From assembly GCA_029855935.1 (NCBI GenBank), contig JAGSHN010000020.1, positions 64,001-128,000 of the forward strand: 64,000 nucleotides of DNA, read 5' to 3'. The notes under the pieces were generated by a model. It was not told the origin of the DNA. It searched no databases and saw only the letters and a list, made by a program, of their open reading frames with translations. Positions within the stretch are counted from its first letter, which is position 1. Each line of letters begins with the position of its first letter. Source of the stretch: Candidatus Thorarchaeota archaeon. GTDB taxonomy: Archaea > Asgardarchaeota > Thorarchaeia > Thorarchaeales > Thorarchaeaceae. The translations under genes and the position numbers were made by a program. Shown piece by piece: positions 29,502 to 39,245 of the stretch.

Positions 29502-30668
29502 TCAGAATATCTCGAAACCAAGTGGTGGTATTGACAGAATCAGCACCACCATGGCCACTATGAACAGCACGACACGGAGCGGGTTAACAGGAACCGTGTC
29601 GTTCAGCGGGCCTGGATGCTCCATTCCTCGCGATAGCAGCAAGACCAGCACGGCCATCATGAAATAGCCAGCGAGAGCCATTACTATCACCGCCGCCCAG
29701 CCGATGTACTTGTGCGTCCTCGAACTGACAAGGGCTCTGAGGGCATGACCACCGTCAAGCTGGCTGGTGGGGAACAGGTTGAGCGCCGTGACAAGGCATC
29801 CCACCCATCCGGCAAATGCCACAGGGTGCAGGAATAGGGTGCCGCCAGGCGGAATCCGACCGCCGAATAGCTGTTCGTAGAGGATGAAGATGAACGGCAC
29901 TGGAAGTGAGCCAGTCATATTCGGGAATGCTGCGTCAATGGCCTCAAGCTGATCTGCAGTGACGGGGACTGACAAGAGGAACCCCACATACAGCACGACC
30001 AGGGTGACAGCAAAGCCCGCAAAGGGACCAGCCACACCGAGGTCAAACAGGTCTCTCCTGGCACGGGGAGGACTCTTCTGCTGGATGAACGCTCCGAAGG
30101 TGCCACCGATAGAGGGCAGGCCGGGGATAAAGTACGGAGGAGTGGCCTCGATATGTCGTTTCTTTGCCATCGTGTAGTGGCCCATCTCGTGCGTCGCAAT
30201 GATCCCCATCAGAGAGAGAATGAAGATCCCGGTCACAAAGATGATGTCCCAGACCGTCCAGCCACCGGGATAGAAGAGCGTTAGAAATACCGGGCTTATT
30301 GCCTGAAGGAACCCGCCCAAAGCAATGGTCGCAAGCGTTGCAACGAAGAGTGCGTAGTTTATTCGTATGTCAGACTTGCCCTCTCGCTGGATTGGAACAA
30401 AACGTACCACATACGTTCCGGCACGGCGGTCGTGCCACCGCACGATAGGCCAGACCCGAAGCTGCTCGGCCGCAGCATCGAGCTCGGAGAAGACCCACTC
30501 CTGCTCCTCTCGGCGGGGTATCACGCCGTCAGGCCATCTGAAGAGGAACACAGGCTGGCCGAACTCCAGCGCGCTGGCCAGCACCTCGAAATGACGTGAG
30601 AGAACGTTATTGAGCTCCGTGAATGTCGGGTAGCTCAGTACCCGTCCACTGTAATCATCCATAGCCAA
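29502..30668 (-). CDS. Site-2 protease (peptidase M50)
   Basis: HEMGH, GTFGAFI, AGPFAG, LNLFPTSQLDGGH; multiple TMs. Confidence 0.93.
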   Translation of the reverse strand: MAMDDYSGRVLSYPTFTELNNVLSRHFEVLASALEFGQPVFLFRWPDGVIPRREEQEWVFSELDAAAEQLRVWPIVRWHDRRAGTYVVRFVPIQREGKSDIRINYALFVATLATIALGGFLQAISPVFLTLFYPGGWTVWDIIFVTGIFILSLMGIIATHEMGHYTMAKKRHIEATPPYFIPGLPSIGGTFGAFIQQKSPPRARRDLFDLGVAGPFAGFAVTLVVLYVGFLLSVPVTADQLEAIDAAFPNMTGSLPVPFIFILYEQLFGGRIPPGGTLFLHPVAFAGWVGCLVTALNLFPTSQLDGGHALRALVSSRTHKYIGWAAVIVMALAGYFMMAVLVLLLSRGMEHPGPLNDTVPVNPLRVVLFIVAMVVLILSIPPLGFEIF

Positions 30669-30744
30669 CCGTACTTGCCTCCGCCTTGAGCGGCAGACTT
30701 GCCTGCGCGCCTCTGCCTATAAGAATAATGCAGCAGGCAGAGCC

Positions 30745-32661
30745 CTACAACTCCAGCCGAGAGACTGTACAGAACGTCTCATGGATTGTCTCCAAGAGGT
30801 CACCAGTCCCGTCGCAGCCCCCGACCAGAGTGACGGGAACACCAAGCTCCCGAAGCTGCTCCGCGAGTCTGCGGTCGGACTGGGGCGCTGTGGCCACAAC
30901 AATCACATCGGCCGGAAGTATCGTTGTCTCTCCCTCAAGTTCGACCACCACGTTATTGAAGGAAACCTGTACGACCGTGGCCTCTGTGTGCATCTTGACG
31001 CCTCGTTCGCGAAGCATCTTCAGAACAACCCATCTTGTCGAACGCCCCAGTCCAGCTCCAATCGCGCTACCTCGTTCGACGATTGTCACATCTTGAGAGA
31101 ACTGTGTGGCTCTCAGCGCGGCGTAGCACCCCAGCACCATTCCCCCGACAACGACAACGCGGTCCGCAAGTCCAACACCATATTCCATCACGTGCTGCGC
31201 AGACACAACGGTCGGGGACTCTACACCATCAACAGATGGTGCTGCGTCAATCGCTCCCATCGCACAGATGACGTGGTCGAAACCCTCATTCCTCAGCATC
31301 TCCGCTGTCGCGTGCACTCCCAGCCTGAGGTCAACACTCAGACGCCGCAGCTCTCGCATCATATACGTGACATACGAGGCGAACTCACCACGGCCGGGTG
31401 CCCGTGCTGCAAGCCTCAGTCCACCCCCCAAGATGGGTCGACGCTCGTAGAGAACAACCTCAACTCCTCTCAGAGCAAGAACTCTTGCGGCCTCCATTCC
31501 CGCGGGACCGCCGCCCACAACGGCAACCCGTCCCTCTGCCGGGGGACCGACACGTCGCTCACTCTCAAAACCAGCCAGAGGGTTGATGGCACATGTGACG
31601 GCGCCAAGTGAGAACACACGGTCGAGGCAGCCCTGATTGCAACCCACGCAATAGCGGATCTCGTCCTCACGGCCCTCTCGAATCTTGCCGACCACCTCAG
31701 GGTCTGCGATGAAGGCGCGAGCCATCCCTATGAGATGGACCCGTCCCCTATCAAGGATCCTCTGCGCCACCGTCGGGCTGTTGATTCTGTTGCACGCTAT
31801 GACCGGCACATCAACGACCTCTGAGATGCCCTCCGCCAAGTACGCGTAGTGACCGCGTGGGACATCCATCGTTATCTGCGGTACCCGGGACTCGTGCCAC
31901 CCCCCGGTGACGTCGAAGCAGTCCACACCAGCCTCTTCAAACATCGGAGCAAGGCGCTTGTTGTCCTCGAGTGTGAGCCCACCCTCGACGAAGTCCTCCC
32001 CGCTCATTCGATACAGGACGGGGAGAGAAGGACCCACCGCGCGCCTGACTGCCTCGATCACCTCAAGAGGAAACCTTGCTCTGTTCTCAATGGGACCTCC
32101 GTAGTCGTCGGTACGCCTGTTTGTGCAGGGCGCGAGGAACTGATTGATGAGGTATCCGGCCGAACCAATGATCTCAACGGCATCGAACCCGGCCCTCTTG
32201 GCGCGTGCAGCCGCGTGACCGAAGTTCTCCACCGTCCTGTGAATCTCTTCCACCGACAGAGGTCGCGGCGTCTCACGTGTCAGCCTGCTTGGGACATCGG
32301 AGGCAGATACTGGTTGCTCGCCAATCACGAGAGAGTGAGCGTATCTTCCCGCGTGATACAGCTGCGCCGCCACAGGGACCCCGTACTTGTGAATCACGTC
32401 GACTAGTCTCGCGAGGCCCTCTACGTGCTCGTCACGTGAGATTCCAATCATCGTGGGCAGACTCATCCCCAGACGCTCGGTGTAGCATCCGCCCACTATG
32501 ATGAGCCCTGGTCTGTGGGCGGCCCTGGCCCTGTAGAACTCAACAAGCTTGTCAGAGATGAACCCGTCCTCACAATAGCCCAAGTGAGTCGCGGTCATGA
32601 CTATTCTATTGTTGAGATGCAGAGCCCCTATTGACGCAGGGTCCATAAGCCTTGGCGACAC
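30745..32661 (-). CDS. NADH:flavin oxidoreductase (2,4-dienoyl-CoA reductase FadH-like)
   Basis: QLYHAGRY, GFDAVEIIGSAGYLINQF, NRRTDDYGG, CVGCNQGCLD...CAINP, VVGGGPAGMEAA. Probable start GTG 32661. Confidence 0.9.
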   Translation of the reverse strand: MSPRLMDPASIGALHLNNRIVMTATHLGYCEDGFISDKLVEFYRARAAHRPGLIIVGGCYTERLGMSLPTMIGISRDEHVEGLARLVDVIHKYGVPVAAQLYHAGRYAHSLVIGEQPVSASDVPSRLTRETPRPLSVEEIHRTVENFGHAAARAKRAGFDAVEIIGSAGYLINQFLAPCTNRRTDDYGGPIENRARFPLEVIEAVRRAVGPSLPVLYRMSGEDFVEGGLTLEDNKRLAPMFEEAGVDCFDVTGGWHESRVPQITMDVPRGHYAYLAEGISEVVDVPVIACNRINSPTVAQRILDRGRVHLIGMARAFIADPEVVGKIREGREDEIRYCVGCNQGCLDRVFSLGAVTCAINPLAGFESERRVGPPAEGRVAVVGGGPAGMEAARVLALRGVEVVLYERRPILGGGLRLAARAPGRGEFASYVTYMMRELRRLSVDLRLGVHATAEMLRNEGFDHVICAMGAIDAAPSVDGVESPTVVSAQHVMEYGVGLADRVVVVGGMVLGCYAALRATQFSQDVTIVERGSAIGAGLGRSTRWVVLKMLRERGVKMHTEATVVQVSFNNVVVELEGETTILPADVIVVATAPQSDRRLAEQLRELGVPVTLVGGCDGTGDLLETIHETFCTVSRLEL

Positions 32662-32876
32662 GGTGATCCCCTCGGTGCGGGCGAAGAACTCGTTCAAATA
32701 CCTACTGGCCAACTTGTGACTGTCAAGTCTCGGATGATTCTTATTAAGGCCAACGCGCATCGGTGTTCGCACTGGCTCGTTTGTGACCATAGATTTGCAC
32801 TCCACGCCCGTAAATTCGTCGCGTGCTCTCATACGGGCTGCTTACGGACCGGCTCGACATCTTCTACCGAGGAAAA

Positions 32877-33050
32877 ATGACCGCGATACGCAACGCATCC
32901 GACTTTCCGGACCTTCCGGACCCCCTCCCGTGGGAGGCAATGCCGGAGACCCCGGAGCCTGTGACTCCCTGGGAGGCAATGCCAGATCTTCCGGATCCTC
33001 TTCCGTGGAAGGCGATGCCGGAGACTCCAGAGCCTGTCACCCCCTGGTAG
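32877..33050 (+). CDS. Tandem Pro-rich ...PW repeat micro-protein (57 aa), putative peptide precursor
   Basis: GAGG RBS then ATG; MTAIRNASDF-PDLPDPLPW-EAM-PETPEPVTPW-EAM-PDLPDPLPW-KAM-PETPEPVTPW*; repeat copies differ almost only at synonymous sites. Confidence 0.75.
   Translation: MTAIRNASDFPDLPDPLPWEAMPETPEPVTPWEAMPDLPDPLPWKAMPETPEPVTPW
32907..33047 (+). repeat. 75-bp tandem repeat (about 1.9 copies), each copy made of two related sub-units
   Basis: 32907-32981 versus 32982-33047, aligned codon by codon. Confidence 0.9.
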
Positions 33051-33062
33051 GGTGGCGCAGAC

Positions 33063-33119
33063 GGGGGGCCTCGGACCCAAAGACCTGGCACCGGGACCCC
33101 CCGCACAACTTCTCTTCCT
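33063..33119 (+). terminator. GC-rich hairpin plus pyrimidine tract after the repeat ORF
   Basis: GGGGGGCCTCGG...CCGGGACCCCCC followed by CTTCTCTTCCT. Confidence 0.4.
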
Positions 33120-33200
33120 AGACCATTCCATGCGTCGGCCTCAGCACGCAATGGACAAGATTCTTCTACAGGGCAGCCCAAGCGAGGCCCGTGTGTGTGA

Positions 33201-33659
33201 ATGAGAGTTCTGCGTACGCCATCTGAGAGCAAGGACCTCCCCATCGTGATGCGCCTGGGCGTCACCACGTGGAGGGTGCTGCTCGCGCTACTTGGAGCCC
33301 GTCGTCCTCTCGGCCCGCGCAGCCTCGCCAGGATGCTAGACCTCAGCAGTCACAGCGTGGCCCTGTACCACCTGGAGAAGCTGATTGATGAGGGCTTGGT
33401 TGAGAAGACTTCAGATGGCGACTACAGGGTCCGACCTGATGCCCAGCTGGATTTCTTGGACGAGTTCCTGTATGTGGGATACCACGTTGTGCCGCGCGTC
33501 GTACTGTACGCCTCCTTTGTGACCGGACTGGTCCTTGCATTCGTTGTTCTTGGCTTGGCGGACTTCTCTGCTCAGACAATGTTCGTCTTCCTGATTGGAA
33601 TCTCTGCCTCTGTCTTTCTGTGGTCCGAGGTGTATCGGCAGTGGAGGAGGCTCCCGTAG
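33201..33659 (+). CDS. Membrane-tethered winged-helix (ArsR-like) transcription regulator with 2 C-terminal TMs
   Basis: PLGPRSLARMLDLSSHSVALYHLEKLIDEGLVEK...GDY; VPR then two hydrophobic helices ending in WSE. Confidence 0.85.
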   Translation: MRVLRTPSESKDLPIVMRLGVTTWRVLLALLGARRPLGPRSLARMLDLSSHSVALYHLEKLIDEGLVEKTSDGDYRVRPDAQLDFLDEFLYVGYHVVPRVVLYASFVTGLVLAFVVLGLADFSAQTMFVFLIGISASVFLWSEVYRQWRRLP

Positions 33660-33865
33660 GTCGCGCGAACAGCGGTCGAGCAACTCGGGTCACCGCCCAC
33701 GTTCGCAGGTCTATCACGGAGAGGTGGGTCGAAAGAGATCTGAAATTTGCTGGTCTAGGATGTAGACCGGTGGGGCCTCCACGGGTGTGACCAGACTGCC
33801 GGTAACCCGCGAGCTGGTCTAAAATCTAGATTGAATAGTGTTTCATCGTTGATGAGTGACGATGA

Positions 33866-35674
33866 ATGATGAGCGCACGCAGCCGAACTGAGAGAATGTG
33901 GTTGGGCAAGACCATTCGGAGGAACATCATGATTGGTTTCCTGCTGGCCTTCGTGGTTGCCGGGATGACGGTTGTCGCGCTACCACCACACTCGGCAGCG
34001 AGAATCACTGCGATCCTTGGAGATCAACTGAATGAACAGGCCACCATCTCCGCCGAGTCCTCCTCCGCGACTCCCTTGACCACGCTCACGCTGTTCAACG
34101 TCACACTCAGCACCGATTCAGAGGACCTCAGCGTGGATACCTGGCCAATCTCGTACGACCACCCTTGGGAGTCCTCTATCTCTTACAGGGCTGACGGAAT
34201 GCACATAGAGGGCGGCAACCTCAATGTCATCCTCTACCCGCTGGGATGCTCGGTGGCCTTCAGGTACTATTCCAGCATTCGCATTACGATTGTGATCTCA
34301 GGCCTGAGAGGTAGCGCAACTATCGATTCCACCGTGAGCTTTAGTCACGCCTACGGACCCGTGGCCGAGTCATCCGGTACTGCCTTCGTTAGGGCCAATG
34401 CTACGAAGACTGTGAGTCTTGAAGCACCGTTGAATGACGCCCTCGCATCGACCAACAAATCTGTCCTCGGATTGTATGCACGGTTCCGAATCGCAATGAT
34501 TGAGACCTCTGAGGTTGTCATCAGGTCCATTGTGGCTGTCGGTGAGACAAGCGAGCCGCTCTATTCCCTTCGTGTCACTCCTCTGTCTCCCACCGGAGAG
34601 TTCCTGTTCGACCTCCCCTACTTCGAGGATGTCTGGACACGCCCGTGTTTCAACCTCACCAAGGACGGTGACACTGAGTTTGGAGTCTTGTTACCCCGCC
34701 GGAGAGGGAGTGTTGTCTATCTCCCAGCCGGGGGATACGACATATCGTCGGCCTGGTCGCAATGGAGCCAGATCATTCCGCTTGCAAGCGCAAGCTTCAG
34801 CCTCGGAAACGACACTGGCGCCGAGGTTGAGGCGACATACCCGCTTCTTAAGGTGCTGCTCGACGTCAGGCCGGACATAGCAGTGCAGGTCAGTCTATAC
34901 GAATACGGCGAGCACGTGAGTTGGCCAGCGTACTACTACTCCTTCATCTTCATCGCACCGCCCTACCCAAAGACGCTGTACGTACCTGCCATAGTGGAGG
35001 TTCTCCACATTGGCGTCGCAGTCACGTATGCGAATGTCTACTACACCGAATCGGTTGAGCTCCCGAGCCAACGAGATGTGCAGTTCAGTGTCCAGCTCCC
35101 CTACTACCCATTCTTTGGTCTTGCACTTCCACCAATCCCAATGTACGTGGCGGTCTTCTCTCTGACACTCCTGGTACTCATCGCCGCTAGCATCCAACGA
35201 GCCACCCGCCCAATCGACCTGCGCGAACTCCTCCGACGACGTCATACCGTGCCCCTCCTGCTTCTCCTGCTGTCAGCCATTGTGCCCTGGTCTGCGTCTC
35301 ACGAAGCTGGCACCGATGTGTTGATAATCTACGTACTACCGCTTGCACTATTCATCAGAGCAGGATACGGTCTGGCCATCCCAATCTACCAAAACTTCGA
35401 CATTGCACTGGCCTTTTCGCTTGTCGTCTACTGGATACCCCTCTTCGTCCTCATCGGCCTGGCGCGAACCGACAGGTACGACAGGATCTTTGCAGCGGTC
35501 TTGGCGATTCCGGCCGGGCTGTCAACGGTGGCCCTTGTCACCTTTGGTGTCAACATCTTCACGCTGGGGCCAGTTGTCGTTGTCATCTCGTTTTTACTGT
35601 GGCTATCTCATATGGTCACGCAGTCTATGGGAGAACGAGAGACAAAGAGAACCACATCTGTAGAGAACTGGTAG
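33866..35674 (+). CDS. Membrane protein with a large extracellular beta-rich domain and about 6 C-terminal TMs
   Basis: N-terminal signal/TM, about 370-aa Ser/Thr/Tyr-rich region with N-x-S/T sequons, hydrophobic C-terminus. Confidence 0.8.
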   Translation: MMSARSRTERMWLGKTIRRNIMIGFLLAFVVAGMTVVALPPHSAARITAILGDQLNEQATISAESSSATPLTTLTLFNVTLSTDSEDLSVDTWPISYDHPWESSISYRADGMHIEGGNLNVILYPLGCSVAFRYYSSIRITIVISGLRGSATIDSTVSFSHAYGPVAESSGTAFVRANATKTVSLEAPLNDALASTNKSVLGLYARFRIAMIETSEVVIRSIVAVGETSEPLYSLRVTPLSPTGEFLFDLPYFEDVWTRPCFNLTKDGDTEFGVLLPRRRGSVVYLPAGGYDISSAWSQWSQIIPLASASFSLGNDTGAEVEATYPLLKVLLDVRPDIAVQVSLYEYGEHVSWPAYYYSFIFIAPPYPKTLYVPAIVEVLHIGVAVTYANVYYTESVELPSQRDVQFSVQLPYYPFFGLALPPIPMYVAVFSLTLLVLIAASIQRATRPIDLRELLRRRHTVPLLLLLLSAIVPWSASHEAGTDVLIIYVLPLALFIRAGYGLAIPIYQNFDIALAFSLVVYWIPLFVLIGLARTDRYDRIFAAVLAIPAGLSTVALVTFGVNIFTLGPVVVVISFLLWLSHMVTQSMGERETKRTTSVENW

Positions 35675-35746
35675 GAGGTTGTGAGACAGTAACTCCGGCC
35701 AGGTTACCACGTCCTAAGAGAGAGGAGGCGAACCCCCCTCTCTGTT

Positions 35747-37348
35747 CTACCCGAAGGCCCACAACATAGTCAGTATTGCCGTCGCCAACGTCATTAGAAC
35801 GGCCACCACGGCACCGTAGCGGATCACCTCGCCCTCGATACCAATCTCGTCTATCACCGCGGCCGCATTCTGTATCTTGGCCGGACTGAGCACGCTCGCA
35901 AGGCCTCCACCGATTCCGTTCGATGCCGCCACGACAACAGCGTTGGCACCGATCATCGTACTGGCCTCGTAGTGGTACCTCGTAAACATCGCGATGGCAG
36001 ACGTCTCAGACCCAGAGATGAAGCCAGCAAGAAGACCGAGAAATGCCGCAGTCAGCGGATAGGCCTGGCCAAGCGTCTGTGAGGTCATCGAGGCCAGCAG
36101 ATAGATCATATTGTTCGTCGGGTCTGCAGGAGCCACCCACTGACCGGAGACAGCAACGGTCCAGCCGCTGTAGTTCATCACCTCGGCCATTGCGAAGAAG
36201 ATTGCTGCTGCAAGGACAGGACGCGGCGCACGCTTGAGGAACTTCGAGAAGGTCGCACCCAAGACCTGCCTGTCGTGACGAAAGAAGGGGATGGACAGGA
36301 GCGTGGCGACGAACATCAGGGTGTAGGCCTGCCACAGTACCTTGGTACTGATTCCTGATGGGTAGCCGCCAACATAGACAACAACGTCGAGTGTCTGTGC
36401 CAGCAGTATCTTCAACGGGCCTATCAGCGTGGTCGCCAGACAGAGGATAACGAGTATGGTCCATGGGATGCTGGCCCTGCGAAGGCTCATCGCCCGCTCG
36501 ATCTCTAGGTCATTCTCATCAAGAATGCTCCTGTCGATTATGGGTCGTCCTCGAAGCTTTGTGTACGCATAGAGAACAAAGATGACCGCAGCGCCGGCAT
36601 ACACATTCGTGAGAATCGTCTGATCGACCAGGGGATGGTTGGCGACTATGGCCACTCCTCCGGCTGTGAAACCGCAGATCACCGCAAGGAGCAGGCTCTC
36701 TCTGTTGAGCAGCATCTCCCGGCCTCCCGCAATCCACAACATGGACACTGCGATGCCTGTGGTCACGACAGGCATGAACATCGCAAACACAGAGCCAGCC
36801 TCGGCAAGCGTCAGCTGAACTCCGGCAGCCTGGGCAAATTCCACAACAAAGACCTTGACCGGAACAGCGAGCAGTGCGAAAGTTGTGAGCGGGTCATAGC
36901 CTATCGAGGGGAGCGCGACGGCAACGAGCGGCGAGAAGCCAAGCGCCAGCATCACAGGTGGCAACATCGTGACTGGTGTGGCACCAATTCCGACAAGGAA
37001 CAGTCCCAGCCCGAGGCTGATCAACAGCACCTGCATCGGCCTGCTACCGCCTCCAAGCGTCTTGAAGAAGACGATGAGCCTTTGCAGTGATCCCGTCTCC
37101 TGCATATAGGTCATCATCAGTATCGAAGTTGCAACCATTAGCGAGATTGGGAACGACTTGACTATGCCCGCCACGCTGGCTGTCAGTGCCACAACGGCGT
37201 CCGTCTGAAACATCACTATTGCCGTGCCCAGCGTCAGCAGCCAGACGACCACACCCGTGATGTCTGCAGCACGTCTGAAGAACACGAGCAGAACAAAGGC
37301 AAGAGCTATCGGCAAGACTATCAGTATCAGTCCAAGACTCGGGTCCAA
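35747..37348 (-). CDS. L-lactate permease family transporter
   Basis: Many TMs; LALGFSPL, GFISGSETSAIAMF, GGGLASVLSPAKI. Confidence 0.85.
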   Translation of the reverse strand: MDPSLGLILIVLPIALAFVLLVFFRRAADITGVVVWLLTLGTAIVMFQTDAVVALTASVAGIVKSFPISLMVATSILMMTYMQETGSLQRLIVFFKTLGGGSRPMQVLLISLGLGLFLVGIGATPVTMLPPVMLALGFSPLVAVALPSIGYDPLTTFALLAVPVKVFVVEFAQAAGVQLTLAEAGSVFAMFMPVVTTGIAVSMLWIAGGREMLLNRESLLLAVICGFTAGGVAIVANHPLVDQTILTNVYAGAAVIFVLYAYTKLRGRPIIDRSILDENDLEIERAMSLRRASIPWTILVILCLATTLIGPLKILLAQTLDVVVYVGGYPSGISTKVLWQAYTLMFVATLLSIPFFRHDRQVLGATFSKFLKRAPRPVLAAAIFFAMAEVMNYSGWTVAVSGQWVAPADPTNNMIYLLASMTSQTLGQAYPLTAAFLGLLAGFISGSETSAIAMFTRYHYEASTMIGANAVVVAASNGIGGGLASVLSPAKIQNAAAVIDEIGIEGEVIRYGAVVAVLMTLATAILTMLWAFG

Positions 37349-37351
37349 GTA

Positions 37352-38347
37352 TCACATCCTCCTCTCTAGATGTCCTGTCTCGAAGTACCAGTCGACGGCC
37401 CGACGTATTGCCTCCTGCATAGACACCTCAGGCGCCCATCCGAGGCCACGCTTGGCCTTCTCATTGGTGTACCAACGGTCCTGTACCATGCTCTCAACTG
37501 TCTTGACGTGCCAGAGGAACGTGTTCCTCCTACGGTTCTTGAACGGGCTCATCAGTGCCACACCGAGTTTGGCGAGCAGCACAGGCACGTGCCACTTTGG
37601 AGGTTCCACTCCCAGGTACTCGCCGAGGAACTGAAAGATCTCGTTGTACGTCATCGGCTGGTCAGGACAGAGGATGAACGTCTCGTTTGCCGCGCCGCGT
37701 GCCGTCAGGGCCTTGGCGAAGCCGGCGGCGATGTCGCCGACGTAAGAATACATCAAGCGCCGCTCGCCGTCACCGGGTATCATCGGGATGGCTCCCTCGT
37801 AGACAGCCTTTATGATCTCGTATCCCGTATAGAGGTCACCCTCGCCAGTCACGCCCGTTGGGCGGAGTATCGTGTGCGTCAGGCCAGTGTCAGAGGAGAT
37901 CTCCCTGACGACCTCTTCGGCAAGCACCTTGCTCCGGCCATAGTCAAACTGCGGTCTGAGCTCGGTGTCCTCATTGCCCGGGGGGTAGCGGACAGGACCT
38001 ATGGTCTCAGTGGTTGAGCAATAGACAAAGCGCTCGATGGAGGTGCCAACGCATGCGTTCATCAGGTCGCGTGTGCCGCCGACATTGACCTTGTAGAGCA
38101 GGTCGACATCGCGCGGATAGAAGTCGAAATAGGCGGCAAGATGGATGACGGCCTCCATATCCTTGACCGCCGCCTCCATGGACTCGGGGTCAAGGAGGTC
38201 ACCAGTGTGGACCTCCACACCTTCTGGAAAGCCCTGCGTGTTGCTGGTCGTGCGTACAAAGGCGTGGACATCGTGACCGTCTGCAACCAGCGTCCTGAGC
38301 ACCCTCCGGCCTATGAACCCACTGGCACCTGTCACAAGCACTCTCAT
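37352..38347 (-). CDS. NAD-dependent epimerase/dehydratase (extended SDR)
   Basis: VTGASGFIG, HLAA, YGRSK catalytic YxxxK. Confidence 0.92.
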   Translation of the reverse strand: MRVLVTGASGFIGRRVLRTLVADGHDVHAFVRTTSNTQGFPEGVEVHTGDLLDPESMEAAVKDMEAVIHLAAYFDFYPRDVDLLYKVNVGGTRDLMNACVGTSIERFVYCSTTETIGPVRYPPGNEDTELRPQFDYGRSKVLAEEVVREISSDTGLTHTILRPTGVTGEGDLYTGYEIIKAVYEGAIPMIPGDGERRLMYSYVGDIAAGFAKALTARGAANETFILCPDQPMTYNEIFQFLGEYLGVEPPKWHVPVLLAKLGVALMSPFKNRRRNTFLWHVKTVESMVQDRWYTNEKAKRGLGWAPEVSMQEAIRRAVDWYFETGHLERRM

Positions 38348-38416
38348 CTTGGCTCACATCCTCGTCAATGAGGGCTTCAACTGGCATTTATCTGTTCCCA
38401 GATACTGTGAGAGGAC

Positions 38417-39151
38417 TCACGACCCAGATAGCACAGCGTCAATGGCGGGCAGGGCCTTGCCAGCCTGTTCCTCTATGTGGACATCCATCACGTGTGTCAG
38501 AGGAGTCTTCTCGACGTTGATCTCAATCAGCCTTCCGCCGTGCTGCTTGGCGACGAGAGGAAACGAGGCCGCAGGTTGGACCACCCCTGAGGTGCCTATC
38601 ACAAGACAGAGATCGCTCTTCTCAAGCTCCCGGTAGACGCGCGCCATCACGTCCATGTCGAGGCTCTCACCGAACCACACCACGTCAGGTCGCAATAGCG
38701 CACCGCACACGGGGCATCGCGGTGTCGATCCGACTGGCTCGTCAAGCGTGGAACGGTACTCACAGCTGACGCATCTGACACGCCAGATGTTGCCGTGTAC
38801 TTCAAGGACATTACGCGAGCCAGCCCTCATATGCAGACCATCCACGTTCTGTGTCACAACATACCGCAGCAGACCACGCCTCTCCCAGTCAGCAAGAACA
38901 AGGTGTGCCGGATTTGGCCTGCATCGCGCAATGAGACCCTGGCGCCACGCGTACCACTCCCATACGAGATCCGGGTCGCGGAAAAACGCCTCCGGCGTCG
39001 CCAGCTCCATTGGGTCATACCTCCGCCATAGGCCGTCCTCCCCCCGGAAGGTCGGCACGTTCGACTCCCTGGAGATACCGGCCCCCGTCAGGGCTATCAT
39101 ATACTGCGCATGTCCAATCAGCTCCGCCGCGTGCTCAATCTCGGACACCAT
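38417..39151 (-). CDS. cobB: NAD-dependent protein deacylase, Sir2 family
   Basis: TGAGISRES, TQNVDGLH, HG...CxxC...CxxC, RPDVVWFGE, GTSGVVQPAA; YxxR motif of class III sirtuins. Confidence 0.95.
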   Translation of the reverse strand: MVSEIEHAAELIGHAQYMIALTGAGISRESNVPTFRGEDGLWRRYDPMELATPEAFFRDPDLVWEWYAWRQGLIARCRPNPAHLVLADWERRGLLRYVVTQNVDGLHMRAGSRNVLEVHGNIWRVRCVSCEYRSTLDEPVGSTPRCPVCGALLRPDVVWFGESLDMDVMARVYRELEKSDLCLVIGTSGVVQPAASFPLVAKQHGGRLIEINVEKTPLTHVMDVHIEEQAGKALPAIDAVLSGS

Positions 39152-39245
39152 TGTCGAACCACTCCTCTGCGCAGGCAGAGTCACGACGCTATCCTTATTA
39201 GGTGTGCTAGTTCACTATAGTTAGTTAACATAGATAGGTGATGTC

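Noticed and set aside
32907-33047. CRISPR array or non-coding tandem repeat
   Set aside because: There are no unique spacers or cas genes, and the divergence pattern is codon-structured.
33048-33200. Pyrrolysine or read-through of the TAG after the PW-repeat ORF (the frame stays open to a TGA abutting the HTH start)
   Set aside because: The read-through sequence does not look protein-like, covers a hairpin, and still ends in TGA; it is probably chance in GC-rich DNA.
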